Assembly: GCA_050633245.1 (NCBI GenBank)
Contig: JBOEGD010000037.1
Span: 1 to 38,879, forward strand
Origin: Calditrichia bacterium
Lineage (GTDB): Bacteria; Calditrichota; Calditrichia; RBG-13-44-9; J075
Direction of reading: 5' to 3'
DNA length: 38,879 nt
In this document: piece by piece, positions 18,352-27,907 of the stretch
Layout: each line of letters begins with the position of its first letter
Numbering within the stretch: the stretch's first letter is position 1
Position numbers and translations under genes: made by a program
The notes under the pieces: model-generated
What the model saw: the letters and a program-made list of their open reading frames with translations, nothing else
What the model was told of the DNA's origin: nothing
The model's database searches: none

Positions 18352-19398
18352 ATGCCTGATTTCTCCGATCTCTACTCCATATTGCGGCAGTATGTTAAGT
18401 GGTTTCAATATCCGGCTACGCGCTGGTATTTTCTGCTTTCCTGCGTGGCTCTCGCGTTAATTGTGTATCTATGGCACTATGCCAAATCACGTGGATATAC
18501 GGCGAAAGGGTTTTTGAGTTATTTGTTTCCCAAAGAAATCTATACACACGATTCAACAAAGCTTGATCTGAAGTATATTTTATCATTTCCAATTATTGCC
18601 GGCGTTTTTTTTAAACCTGCACTGGCCTTTAGCACTGCAGCAGCTACCTATAAAGGTGGCTACTGGCTCTTCGAAAACCTTTTTGGTATTCAGGAGTTTG
18701 TAATGCCCGAGTCGTGGTTTATCGTTGCCGTGCTGGTGGCTGCATTCACCATTATTTCCGCAATGGCGGCAGACCTGTTTTTCTATTTTCATCACCTGCT
18801 AATGCACAAGGTGAAGTTTCTGTGGGAGTTTCATAAGGTGCACCATTCAGCGGAGGTGCTGACGCCGCTGGTAGATTATCGTGCTCATCCGCTGGAAATC
18901 CTGACTTATGGTACCGCAAAAGGCATTGGACTTGGTGCAGCCCAAGCTGTTTTCAACTACTTTACCGGTGGGCAAATTCACATCTATACCGTGTTGGGAT
19001 TAAATGCGATAATTTTTGTCTACTATGTGATGGGTTATTCGCTGCGGCATTCGCACGTTTGGATTTCCTACGGGCCTATTTTTAGCAAAATTTTTATCAG
19101 CCCGGCGCAGCATCAGATTCACCATAGCGTGGCCAGGAAGCATTGGGACAAGAATATGGGCGGTGCTTTTGCACTGTGGGACTGGATGTTCGGCACGCTT
19201 TATGTTCCAAAAGAAAAGGAAAATCTGGAGTTTGGTATCCCACCGGAACATCAGAAAGACTTCAGAAGTGTACGCAATCTCTACCTAAAACCATTTACCA
19301 ATAATGCCAATTCTAAAACGGGGTTGGTAGTGGTCGTGATAATGATCTCTGTGTTTTTATACTTTGCAGTGAAGCAGCTTGTCCAATTTTTGTTGTGA
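18352..19398 (+). CDS. Sterol desaturase / fatty acid hydroxylase family membrane di-iron enzyme
   Basis: His boxes YFHHLLMH, FHKVHHS, RHSH and HQIHHS; WDWMFGT; multiple TM segments. Confidence 0.92.
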   Translation: MPDFSDLYSILRQYVKWFQYPATRWYFLLSCVALALIVYLWHYAKSRGYTAKGFLSYLFPKEIYTHDSTKLDLKYILSFPIIAGVFFKPALAFSTAAATYKGGYWLFENLFGIQEFVMPESWFIVAVLVAAFTIISAMAADLFFYFHHLLMHKVKFLWEFHKVHHSAEVLTPLVDYRAHPLEILTYGTAKGIGLGAAQAVFNYFTGGQIHIYTVLGLNAIIFVYYVMGYSLRHSHVWISYGPIFSKIFISPAQHQIHHSVARKHWDKNMGGAFALWDWMFGTLYVPKEKENLEFGIPPEHQKDFRSVRNLYLKPFTNNANSKTGLVVVVIMISVFLYFAVKQLVQFLL

Positions 19399-19428
19399 GG
19401 TGGCTGCGATTTGTTGCGAGGTGACATG

Positions 19429-20475
19429 TTAACCCAGGCCTTTATCTGAATGCTGCGATACCTTACGCAGCCAAATATTACCCCCGCTATTTTTTAAGCA
19501 TTCCGGTTTATGTTGCGCGAACCAGCTTTCATGATACTTGTGTAAATAGTCGGCAAAAAAGAGAATCTGAAAGCGATTGTTGAATTCCAGAAAAGCACGC
19601 AACAAATAGATTTCGTTCCAGGCCCTGCCATCACGAATCCATGCTCGCGGATATTCGAACGGCCAGAAGATGTCATGAAAATGAATTAAAACCCCGTCGT
19701 TTAGCTGCGGCAAAATGTCAAATATAATTGTGTTGACGTCGCTGTTCAATTTTGAAACGTGAGTAGAGTCCACAAACAAAATGTCGTTTTCCTCAAGACT
19801 TCTGAAAAGCTCAAGGTCTACTTCCTGCACTTTTGTATCGATAATCGTATGCTTGCTATCTGCCGGTTTCATAACCGAGTGTAGCAATTCCGGATAGGGC
19901 TCAATAAATGTGAGGTCGATTTTACCATTGAAAAAATGTTCATTGGTATCGAGCATCATTGCGGAGGAAAAGCCCGAGCCGATTTCTACAATCCTGCGCG
20001 GTTTAAACTCGCGCATCATCGCGAAAAGTGTAAGCCCGTCGGTGTAAGAATAGGTGCCGTTGGAGAGGTGATAACGGTAGGAATCTGTTGGATGCTCTGG
20101 AAATGGACAGGCCTGATAATGCGGTGCAAGCCGCTCCAGCAACGCGAGTTGGCCGACCTCGTTTATATCTATTCCGGGCACGGATAGCGCTGTTTTGCAT
20201 GGAGCATCAATAAAGTATTGTCGCTCTTCTGCTGATGGAACGGCCGAGTAAAAATGACCCGGCGGAACAAATTCTGCATCCAGCTCGCTCATTCGGTTGC
20301 GGAACTTTGGAGACGTCGCAAACCGTATCAGCACCTCTTCCCGCGTTATTTGAAATGTTGCGAGAGCATTAACAAAGGCATGGCTGTCTTCTGCACTTGC
20401 AGGCTGTTTAAGGAAACTCTGATAGCAAAACTCAATAAACTCGGCGTCACTCATCTGCTGCGAGAGGGTTCTCAT
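19429..20475 (-). CDS. Class I SAM-dependent methyltransferase (Methyltransf_24-like) with N-terminal DUF4214-like domain
   Basis: PRRIVEIGSGFSS, DILFVDSTH and GVLIHFHDIFWPFEYP; N-terminal 'EFIEFCYQSFLKQPA...TREEVLIRFATSPKF'. Confidence 0.88.
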   Translation of the reverse strand: MRTLSQQMSDAEFIEFCYQSFLKQPASAEDSHAFVNALATFQITREEVLIRFATSPKFRNRMSELDAEFVPPGHFYSAVPSAEERQYFIDAPCKTALSVPGIDINEVGQLALLERLAPHYQACPFPEHPTDSYRYHLSNGTYSYTDGLTLFAMMREFKPRRIVEIGSGFSSAMMLDTNEHFFNGKIDLTFIEPYPELLHSVMKPADSKHTIIDTKVQEVDLELFRSLEENDILFVDSTHVSKLNSDVNTIIFDILPQLNDGVLIHFHDIFWPFEYPRAWIRDGRAWNEIYLLRAFLEFNNRFQILFFADYLHKYHESWFAQHKPECLKNSGGNIWLRKVSQHSDKGLG

Positions 20476-20680
20476 AGACGGTTCCTATCGTCGGTAATCT
20501 AAATTTACTCGAAAGAATGGTTCATTCACGTAATTGTGAGATGAGCGTATTATCGGCAGGTTCATCGGTATCTATTGCGGATAATTGCATAAATGTATAC
20601 TTTGTTTCAGGAAGCAAGCGGTGTCATTGAATCAAGTGAACTCTGGTCGGGCAATCCGAATTCATTAATTATGGAAGTAC

Positions 20681-21070
20681 ATGTTTAAGAAAATTCAATT
20701 CTCAGCAGTCCTGACGATTGTGCTGCTACTGGTAGCAGCTATTCCTGCTGCACATCAGTATTTAATTGACTCCGGTGAGGCTATTGTTATTGGCTTTAGC
20801 CAGGAAATGCCTACAAGTGTTGTGCGTTTGTTCTTTATTGCGCTGCTGCTCTTTTTGTTCTTTATTTCCCGCACGCTGCTGTCCAGAATCGTCTGGGGGG
20901 CGTCTTCAGCCATTGTTCTCCTTGGTTCATTTACCGGCCTGCTCTCTAGTCAGTTAAATGTAACGTCACTGCTTACTTCCTTTATTGCGGTTGGTCTAAC
21001 CGGAGCGATATTGGCTATTGTGGAATACTTTAGCCGTGCGCGGAATAGAATGGGGCGCTCTATTAAGTAG
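20681..21070 (+). CDS. Small 4-TM hypothetical membrane protein
   Basis: 129-aa ORF with four hydrophobic segments; GGAAG upstream. Confidence 0.65.
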   Translation: MFKKIQFSAVLTIVLLLVAAIPAAHQYLIDSGEAIVIGFSQEMPTSVVRLFFIALLLFLFFISRTLLSRIVWGASSAIVLLGSFTGLLSSQLNVTSLLTSFIAVGLTGAILAIVEYFSRARNRMGRSIK

Positions 21071-21083
21071 CCACTCTGAAGCT

Positions 21084-21132
21084 TGCAGGATTTTAAGGCA
21101 GATTGGAGCAGGTTTGAAAACTGCTTCAATCT
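21084..21132. repeat. Single degenerate copy of the TTGGAGCAG...CTGCTCCAA REP-like palindrome
   Basis: agattggagcag-gtttgaaaa-ctgcttcaatct preceded by gcaggattttaa, matching the units at 26769-26935; lies between convergent genes. Confidence 0.75.
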
Positions 21133-21257
21133 TTAAGTCGTTCGAATCCAGTTTTGGCTTAGTGCCGATCTGGTCGGGGCGCTATATTTACAGCCAAGTA
21201 GATAAAATAGATTCGATAAGCCCCGTCGCCCCGTCTCCCGCTCAGTAGTTCACCTTG

Positions 21258-22736
21258 TCACTGCAAGATTCTCTTCATCCTCAAAATCGTTTGCTCAATC
21301 GTCCCTCTGGAATAAGCCGCATAGCCCAAAACCAGTCCCGGTTTTTGACTATGTTTTTGCGTATAACCGGATAGCGCCGGAGTATAGATTCCCGCTTTTA
21401 ACATTTGTTCCGCGAATTGACTATCATCCTGATGTTGCTTTAGCCAGGCAACCGTATGCAAACCTGCTTCCGCTGGATGCAGATCGAGATAGTCATTGAG
21501 GTGAGCTTTAACGAGTGAATAAAAGCTCTCGCGCCTCTTCTGGTATAATAGTCTCATCTTGCGAATATGCCTGCCATAATGACCCTCGGATAAAAATAGC
21601 TTCATCGCTGCCTGCTCAAAGACCGGTGAATGTCGATCCATCAAAAGACGTGCGGCAATAAATGGATCGATCAACGTGTCCGGAACAACCAGATAGCCCA
21701 GTCGAATGCCCGGAAACATCACCTTGCTGAAGGTGCCCATGTAGATGACCGAGTTACTATTATCCAGACCCTGAAGTGCTGATAGAGGAAGTCCGTTATA
21801 GCGATATTCGCTATCGTAATCGTCTTCCAATATCCAGGCACCAATACTATTTGCATAATTGAGTAACTCCAGACGCCTGTTTAAGCTCATGGTAATGCCC
21901 AGTGGATATTGATGTGATGGCGTAACGTAAAGTAAGCCTGGCTTTTGGAAAGTCGCTTTAAAATTGAGACCTTCCTCATCCATCGGAATAGGCAGCAAGC
22001 CAACTCCCGCAGTATTTAAAATATTCAAGGCATCGACATAACCAGGATCTTCAAACCCGACTAAATCTCCTTTTGAAAGTAGCACGCGGCAAACAAGGGA
22101 AATCCCCTGTTGCGACCCGCTTGTGATAATTACCCGATGTGCCTCACATGTTACTCCTCGAGCGACCCGCAGATAATCTGCAATTTCTGTACGCAGCGGC
22201 TTATAACCAGCCGAGCTGCCGTAGCCGAACTCTTTTGAGGGGAGGGTATTCGCTGAACGAGAAAGAAGCTTGCCCCAAAGTTTGAAGGGGAATTGCGTTA
22301 AGTCTGGTACGCCTGGCTTAAATGGCGCAAACGCATTGTAATCGTCTCGCTCACGTTCAAGAATGTTTGCAAGATTCTTTCCGGGGATATTGCGTTCCAC
22401 TTGTGCCTTGCTCTCTTGCAAAGAAGGTTCGTTACGCTCACAATTTGCAAATAAAAGTCGTTCTGGAATATCTTCATTTATAAACGTACCAGAGCCCTGT
22501 TTTCCGCGAATGTAGCCTTCCAACATCAGATGTTCGAAAGCCATTGTTACCGTGGTTCGCGAAATATTTAGATAACCGGCAAGCTCCCGAGAAGGCGGTA
22601 GCTGTTGCCCCGGTAAAAAACGCCTGCCAAGAATGGCATCGCGAAACTGCTGATAAACCTGCCTGTAGAGCGGAATCTCACTTTCAGCCTCCAAAGTGAT
22701 CCCGGCTATAATAATTTCCTTTTGTAGCTTGGCCAT
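21258..22736 (-). CDS. MocR/GabR-type regulator (GntR wHTH + PLP aminotransferase-like domain)
   Basis: PLYRQVY...LPPSRELA..LNISRTTV...GSGTFI; VTPSHQYPLG, ILEDDYDSE and GTFSKVMFPGIRLGY (PLP Lys). Start MAKLQK at 22736 with AAGGAG RBS; the longer track ORF overlaps the divergent gene. Confidence 0.95.
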   Translation of the reverse strand: MAKLQKEIIIAGITLEAESEIPLYRQVYQQFRDAILGRRFLPGQQLPPSRELAGYLNISRTTVTMAFEHLMLEGYIRGKQGSGTFINEDIPERLLFANCERNEPSLQESKAQVERNIPGKNLANILERERDDYNAFAPFKPGVPDLTQFPFKLWGKLLSRSANTLPSKEFGYGSSAGYKPLRTEIADYLRVARGVTCEAHRVIITSGSQQGISLVCRVLLSKGDLVGFEDPGYVDALNILNTAGVGLLPIPMDEEGLNFKATFQKPGLLYVTPSHQYPLGITMSLNRRLELLNYANSIGAWILEDDYDSEYRYNGLPLSALQGLDNSNSVIYMGTFSKVMFPGIRLGYLVVPDTLIDPFIAARLLMDRHSPVFEQAAMKLFLSEGHYGRHIRKMRLLYQKRRESFYSLVKAHLNDYLDLHPAEAGLHTVAWLKQHQDDSQFAEQMLKAGIYTPALSGYTQKHSQKPGLVLGYAAYSRGTIEQTILRMKRILQ

Positions 22737-22746
22737 AGCCCTCCTT

Positions 22747-22797
22747 GAATTGGTCTTTAAAAATATTGCATAGTGGCTATTTTTAGCAAGCCAATTC
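22747..22797. promoter_or_regulatory. Probable MocR operator (two direct repeats plus one inverted)
   Basis: gaatTGGtc (22747), tagTGGct (22771) and inverted agCCAattc (22789) in the divergent intergenic region. Confidence 0.55.
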
Positions 22798-22835
22798 TGT
22801 TTTAGCTTCTTATAAACAAAATATCTGGAGGAGCT

Positions 22836-23363
22836 GTGACAATAAACGATCTGGTCAACACCGAACACGATCCCTACTATGGCCGCTATATCGATAAACT
22901 TTCCAATGAAACACGACTTCGCGATGGATTCAAAGTCGGCGGAGAACGGGTTCGGCAATTTTTTATGTCTGTCCCGGAAGACCGATTAGACTACCGCTAT
23001 CAAACGGACAAGTGGAGCGTTAAGGAAGTCTTTCAGCATATAATTGATACCGAGAGGATCTTTATGTATCGCTGTTTTCGTATAGCACGAAATGACAAAA
23101 CGTCGCTAGCCGGGTTTAATCAGGATCTTTATTTAGAGCCATCGGGTGCGTCAAAAAAATCGAGAGAGCAATTAATCGGAGAATTCATCGCAACGCGGGC
23201 GGCATCGATCTCTCTTTTAGACAGCCTTTCGGATTCTAATCTGCAGCATATCGGTGATGCCAATGGTGGAGCAATGTCTGCCCGGGCAGCAGCGTTTACG
23301 ATAATCGGCCACGATATCTGGCACATGGAAGTGGTTTCCAAACTGTATCTGGAGGATTCATAA
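22836..23363 (+). CDS. DinB/YfiT-like family protein
   Basis: PYYGRYI, YRYQTDKWSVKEVFQHIIDTERIF and IIGHDIWH (His triad); GGAGGAG RBS before GTG. Confidence 0.9.
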   Translation: MTINDLVNTEHDPYYGRYIDKLSNETRLRDGFKVGGERVRQFFMSVPEDRLDYRYQTDKWSVKEVFQHIIDTERIFMYRCFRIARNDKTSLAGFNQDLYLEPSGASKKSREQLIGEFIATRAASISLLDSLSDSNLQHIGDANGGAMSARAAAFTIIGHDIWHMEVVSKLYLEDS

Positions 23364-23653
23364 TGCTGGAAATTCGACCCTGTTGTGAGCACTGTGGGAA
23401 AGATCTTCCCAGTACTGCTACAGATGTCATGATCTGCAGCTTTGAATGCACGTATTGCAAAGCGTGTGCATGTGAGGTGTTTAAAAATGTCTGCCCATCA
23501 TGTGGTGGAAACTTTGAGCGTCGCCCGATTCGTCCAACAAAACACCTGACAAAATATCCGGCTTCTACAACAAGGGTTTTCGAGCCAAAAGATTTAAAGA
23601 AAGCCGAGAAGTTAATACTAAAACTACAGCACGTCGCACCGGAGGAAAGATGA
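23363..23653 (+). CDS. DUF1272 family Cys-rich (Zn-binding) protein
   Basis: MLEIRPCCEHCGKDLP...ICSFECTYC..C......CPSCGGNF..RPIRP; TAATG coupling. Confidence 0.9.
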   Translation: MLEIRPCCEHCGKDLPSTATDVMICSFECTYCKACACEVFKNVCPSCGGNFERRPIRPTKHLTKYPASTTRVFEPKDLKKAEKLILKLQHVAPEER

Positions 23654-24123
23654 GTTGCAAATTTGAGCAGTATCGCGATCGCAGGATATCCTTTTTGAAG
23701 CTCGCACCTATTGGGAACTGGCAAGTAAAGGTTTATGGGATCACTATGCATGAGGCTTTTAGCTTGTTCGACGTTGTCGAAAAGGCATTAGAGATGCTTC
23801 CGAAATGGCTTCCCGCAAAAGACAATCCCGAGCTGCCGGTGTACGATGTCGCATGGCTAATTGCACATGAGGGACGCGAAGGCGTTTGGCTGCTGCTAAA
23901 TTGGTGGGTCGGCGGTGAGATGATGGAAACAGTGGTTTATTTTGCAAGTTATGATACACCCGATAGAATTACCGCTTCTCCTTATCAAAAAAATGCTCTC
24001 CTTTGCGTGTGGGAATTGCAGGTTATTAGCCATGAAAGGCATGCATGGATTAAGCACATTCTTAAAAAAGCTGAAAAACCCGATTTTACTGGTTATCTGG
24101 AAGACGTGAAAGGGGAGTGGTAA
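23650..24123 (+). CDS. Conserved hypothetical protein (CVWELxVxxHERxAW motif)
   Basis: 157 aa; ATGA and TAATG overlaps on both sides; HEG..LLNWW and CVWEL motifs. Confidence 0.75.
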   Translation: MSCKFEQYRDRRISFLKLAPIGNWQVKVYGITMHEAFSLFDVVEKALEMLPKWLPAKDNPELPVYDVAWLIAHEGREGVWLLLNWWVGGEMMETVVYFASYDTPDRITASPYQKNALLCVWELQVISHERHAWIKHILKKAEKPDFTGYLEDVKGEW

Positions 24124-26759
24124 TGCGACATTGGACGATATGGCTATTATGCCTTTTGTGTTTGCACTTTTCCACTTTGCTCGCCGAAGACGAGGTAGCA
24201 AAACGCATTTACACCACGACCGCGCTGGGGACTGTTTCTGCGCCAAAACTCGACGGCAAACTTAATGACTCCTGCTGGGATTTGGTCGAGTGGAGCGGGG
24301 GCTATATTGAGTGGAGCCCGCAGGAGAATACCGAACCATCTCAGCAAACGCGATTAAAGATTCTGTATGATAACAAAAATTTGTATGTCGCCTTCGACTG
24401 TTTAGACAGTTCGCCGGACAGTGTGGTCGAGCGTCTTTCTCGTCGCGATGGCTTCGATGGTGATTGGGTGGAAATCAACATTGATAGCTACTACGATCAG
24501 CGAACGGCATTCTCGTTCACTATAACGGCAGCCGGCGTTAAGGGTGAAGAGTTTATTACCGATAACGGTGCCAGTTGGGATGCAACCTGGAATCCTATCT
24601 GGCATGCTGAGACGAATGTGGATAGTAGTGGATGGACTGCAGAAATTCGCATTCCGCTCAGTCAGTTACGATTTAGCAAAGATGAGAATCAAATTTGGGG
24701 CATCCAGTCCACACGACGTTATTTCCGAAAGGAAGAGCGTTCTACCTGGCAGCGTTCTCCACTGAACGCCGCTGGTTGGGTAAGCGGATTTGGCGAACTT
24801 CACGGGTTAGGCAATTTACGTCCGCGACTACAGTGGGCGCTAAAACCCTATACCTCCGGTAGCGTAAAAACCTTCCCGCAGCAGATTGGTAATCCATTTG
24901 AAGATGGCAATGATAGCAGAATAGGCGCAGGAGTTGACGGTAAGATTGGCTTGACGAATGACATCTCGTTGGACTTTACCGTTAACCCTGACTTTGGACA
25001 GGTCGAAGCCGATCCATCGGCCATTGCGCTGGATGGATTCCAGATTTTCTTTCCGGAACAGCGTCCGTTTTTTATCGAGAACAAAAACCTGTTCGACTAC
25101 AAATTCGCCAGCTCGCTTTCGGGGAATACGTTCGGGTTCGATAACCTCTTTTATTCGCGCCGTATTGGACGCTCTCCACAAGGCGTTCCGAGAATAAGTT
25201 CAAACGAGTTCTCAGAGCAGCCCGATATTACGACAATTCATGCTGCGGCGAAAATTAGTGGTAAAACCAAAAGTGGTTGGTCCATTGGCGTGCTCGAAAG
25301 CGTTACGGCAAATGAGAAGGCCTCCATCACGGATGGCATATCGGAACGCCGTAATAGCGTGGAGCCACAAACAAACTACTTTGTCAGTAGAATTCAAAAA
25401 GAATTCAATGAGCGAAATACTTATCTGGGCGGAATTATTACGGCAACCAATAGGGAGCAGAATTCAAATCTTAACTTTCTACATAATTCGGCTTACACGG
25501 GCGGGCTCGACTTTAAACATCAGTGGCTGAATCGCAATTGGTATGCAGGAGGCAGTGCGGTGTTTAGCCAGGTACGTGGTTCAGAGCAAGCAGTTACAAA
25601 TACACAACGTTCCATTCGGCGGCTTTATCAGCGTGTCGATGCGTCGCACCTGGAGCTCGACACGACACGAACCTCCTTGAGCGGTAGTGGGGGGAATGTT
25701 CAGGTTGGGAAAGCTGGTGGTAACTGGCGTTTCGAGACTGGCGCCACCTGGCATTCACCCGGGCTTGAATTAAATGATCTCGGCTTTCAGCGTCAGGCTG
25801 ATGACATTCGTCAATACGGTTGGTTGAACTATCGAACGACTAAGCCATTAAAACGCATTCGGCAATTTAGCATTAACGCAACTCATTTTGCCGCTTTCGA
25901 CTTTGCTGGTAATCTGAATGAAGCAATGATATCTAGCAATGGATGGATGCACTTAAATTCGAACTGGTGGCTGAATGGTGGACTTACACTCAAGCCGATA
26001 CGTTATTCCAGTTATGAGTTACGCGGCGGACCACGCTTGCGACTCGGCGGAGAGTTCAGCTACCGCAACGGAATCATTTCCGATGCTCGCAAGGTGTTGC
26101 GCTTTACCATAAATCACTCCGGGCGTTGGGGCAGCAACTCATCAGTTCGTTATCAGGATGTTAGTGCTGGTATCACCTGGCAACCCACAAACGCATTTTC
26201 CATGACGGTAACACCAACGTTTTCTCTTTTCAAGAATCAGCTACAGTTTGTTGGAAACCGAAACTTCACGAGTAGTGCTCGCTATATTGTGGCGGAGGTT
26301 GAGCAGAAAACGCTGAGTGTCCCGCTGCGTTTCGACTGGATTTTTACACCAGATATTAGTTTGCAGTACTGGGGACAACCATTTATTTCGCGCGGGCGCT
26401 ATCAGGCCTTTAAGCGAATTGCCGATCCGCTGGCAGCGAAATTCACTGAGAGATTTAATGTGTTTGGTGATGAGCAGATTACGCTGGGGAATGGTGTTTA
26501 TGAGATTGATGAAAACAGCGATGGCACCGTGGATTATCAAATTGGTAATCCGGATTTTGCCGTTGTTCAGTGGCGATCGAATCTGGTGTTTCGCTGGGAG
26601 TATTCGCCCGGCTCCGAGCTGTTTTTGGTATGGTCGCAGGATGTCTTTAATTCTGAAAACCCGGGCAGCAGTTTATATGAGGGTTTAAGGGAAGGTCTTG
26701 CGGATAGTCAACCAACGAATATTTTTCTGCTGAAGTTTACTTATCAGCTAATGAATTAA
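24123..26759 (+). CDS. CBM9-like sugar-binding domain + DUF5916 outer-membrane beta-barrel protein
   Basis: Signal peptide; APKLDGKLND..W, YDNKNLYVAF and WTAEIRIPLSQLRF; TVNPDFGQVEAD, FFPEQRPFFIE and LFYSRRIG; C-terminal strand FLLKFTY. Confidence 0.88.
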   Translation: MRHWTIWLLCLLCLHFSTLLAEDEVAKRIYTTTALGTVSAPKLDGKLNDSCWDLVEWSGGYIEWSPQENTEPSQQTRLKILYDNKNLYVAFDCLDSSPDSVVERLSRRDGFDGDWVEINIDSYYDQRTAFSFTITAAGVKGEEFITDNGASWDATWNPIWHAETNVDSSGWTAEIRIPLSQLRFSKDENQIWGIQSTRRYFRKEERSTWQRSPLNAAGWVSGFGELHGLGNLRPRLQWALKPYTSGSVKTFPQQIGNPFEDGNDSRIGAGVDGKIGLTNDISLDFTVNPDFGQVEADPSAIALDGFQIFFPEQRPFFIENKNLFDYKFASSLSGNTFGFDNLFYSRRIGRSPQGVPRISSNEFSEQPDITTIHAAAKISGKTKSGWSIGVLESVTANEKASITDGISERRNSVEPQTNYFVSRIQKEFNERNTYLGGIITATNREQNSNLNFLHNSAYTGGLDFKHQWLNRNWYAGGSAVFSQVRGSEQAVTNTQRSIRRLYQRVDASHLELDTTRTSLSGSGGNVQVGKAGGNWRFETGATWHSPGLELNDLGFQRQADDIRQYGWLNYRTTKPLKRIRQFSINATHFAAFDFAGNLNEAMISSNGWMHLNSNWWLNGGLTLKPIRYSSYELRGGPRLRLGGEFSYRNGIISDARKVLRFTINHSGRWGSNSSVRYQDVSAGITWQPTNAFSMTVTPTFSLFKNQLQFVGNRNFTSSARYIVAEVEQKTLSVPLRFDWIFTPDISLQYWGQPFISRGRYQAFKRIADPLAAKFTERFNVFGDEQITLGNGVYEIDENSDGTVDYQIGNPDFAVVQWRSNLVFRWEYSPGSELFLVWSQDVFNSENPGSSLYEGLREGLADSQPTNIFLLKFTYQLMN

Positions 26760-26768
26760 GAAGCAAAT

Positions 26769-26935
26769 AGATTGGAGCAGTCTTCATGACTGCTCCAATC
26801 TGATATCAATACTGCTCCACCTTGGCAGGATCTTAAAATTGGAGCAGTCTTTAAGACTGCTCCACTATCGGTTCAAAACTGCTCCACCTTTGGCAGGGCC
26901 TTAAAATTGGAGCAGTATTGAAAACTGCTCCAATT
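26769..26935. repeat. REP/BIME-like array: three TGGAGCAGT...ACTGCTCCA hairpins in a 67-68-bp tandem period
   Basis: attggagcag at 26771, 26838 and 26906; both linkers contain actgctccacctt(t)ggcagg..cttaaaa; lies between convergent genes. Confidence 0.9.
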
Positions 26936-26947
26936 CAGTTTATCAAA

Positions 26948-27907
26948 TTACTTCAAAGGATAGAACGTCAACCGGGCCGCCTGTTTAGCGCCTTCATCAG
27001 ATATCAATATGCCCTTACCATTCAGGAAGGTGATTCCCTCCATTTGGCGATGCCATTTAGCTGTCAGGCGCTTCACCCTAAGCACATTACCTGAATTATT
27101 TATCTCGGCAACTGCACGCTGACGCGCTGCAACTAAAACATAATTGCCCGAAGGTGTATCCCATTCGATACCGGATGGCTGGAAGTTTTTCAATCCGATT
27201 TTGCCGGCAAAGTCTTTGATCGGCATTAAAATTGTTTGGTTCTGTTGTAAACTGCGACTGTCGAGCGACCAGAAAAACAACCCTACTTTGCCGCGAACTT
27301 TTGCGCTACGAGGATTCTTACTGATAATTACAAGTGAACGTGAAGGTCTGTGGTAGGTTAGACCTTCCACTTCCCAGTCAACGGCAAGGTTTGTTGGGTA
27401 TATTTTACATGGAACTGCCTCGCGATTTTTTCCTGCCGAAAACTCATAAATTTTCCCCATGCTGCTTACAGTATAAATATATTCTTCTGTGGCAGCGATG
27501 CCTTCCAGATCCTCTCTGAGAGTTCTGCCGCCAATGGTAATGTTAAAGGAGTTTATGATTTTTCCGGTTGTGTAGTCTAGCTCATGGATAATTCCTTTTT
27601 CATCATCGTGAGCTAATAGCTTGCCATCTGGAGTTATGGCGAGTCCGGAAATCTCACGGAGAGTTTTAGGTAGTTTAACAGTTTTTGCGAATGCTTCCTG
27701 GAAGTTGAACTGATTAAGCAGTTGTTTGTCTGATTTGCTTTTTTGGGAAATGAGTTCTGCAATATTGACTTCTTCAGGTGCAGCTTTTGCTTGTGCTTCG
27801 CTCATACTCTTGTTTGGAAGTTCGCCGGGGAACAGAAGTGCGAAAGCAAAGAGCGCAAAACTAAGGCCGGCAAATATCAGCAATGCTTTTCGTGATTTTG
27901 GATCCAT
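26948..27907 (-). CDS. SdiA-regulated domain (YjiK-like) beta-propeller, N-terminally anchored
   Basis: N-terminal TM/signal; LREISGLA, AHDDE, DLEGIA, EVEGLT, PSGIE, QMEGITF and ISDEG blade motifs. Confidence 0.85.
   Translation of the reverse strand: MDPKSRKALLIFAGLSFALFAFALLFPGELPNKSMSEAQAKAAPEEVNIAELISQKSKSDKQLLNQFNFQEAFAKTVKLPKTLREISGLAITPDGKLLAHDDEKGIIHELDYTTGKIINSFNITIGGRTLREDLEGIAATEEYIYTVSSMGKIYEFSAGKNREAVPCKIYPTNLAVDWEVEGLTYHRPSRSLVIISKNPRSAKVRGKVGLFFWSLDSRSLQQNQTILMPIKDFAGKIGLKNFQPSGIEWDTPSGNYVLVAARQRAVAEINNSGNVLRVKRLTAKWHRQMEGITFLNGKGILISDEGAKQAARLTFYPLK

Noticed and set aside
22737-22958. N-terminal 74-aa extension of the MocR ORF in the track
   Set aside because: It overlaps the divergent DinB-family gene, and a good RBS supports ATG 22736.
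26769-26935. Possible mini-CRISPR array
   Set aside because: The 'spacers' are near-identical to each other, the repeats vary in their loops, and no cas genes are present. It fits REP/BIME better.
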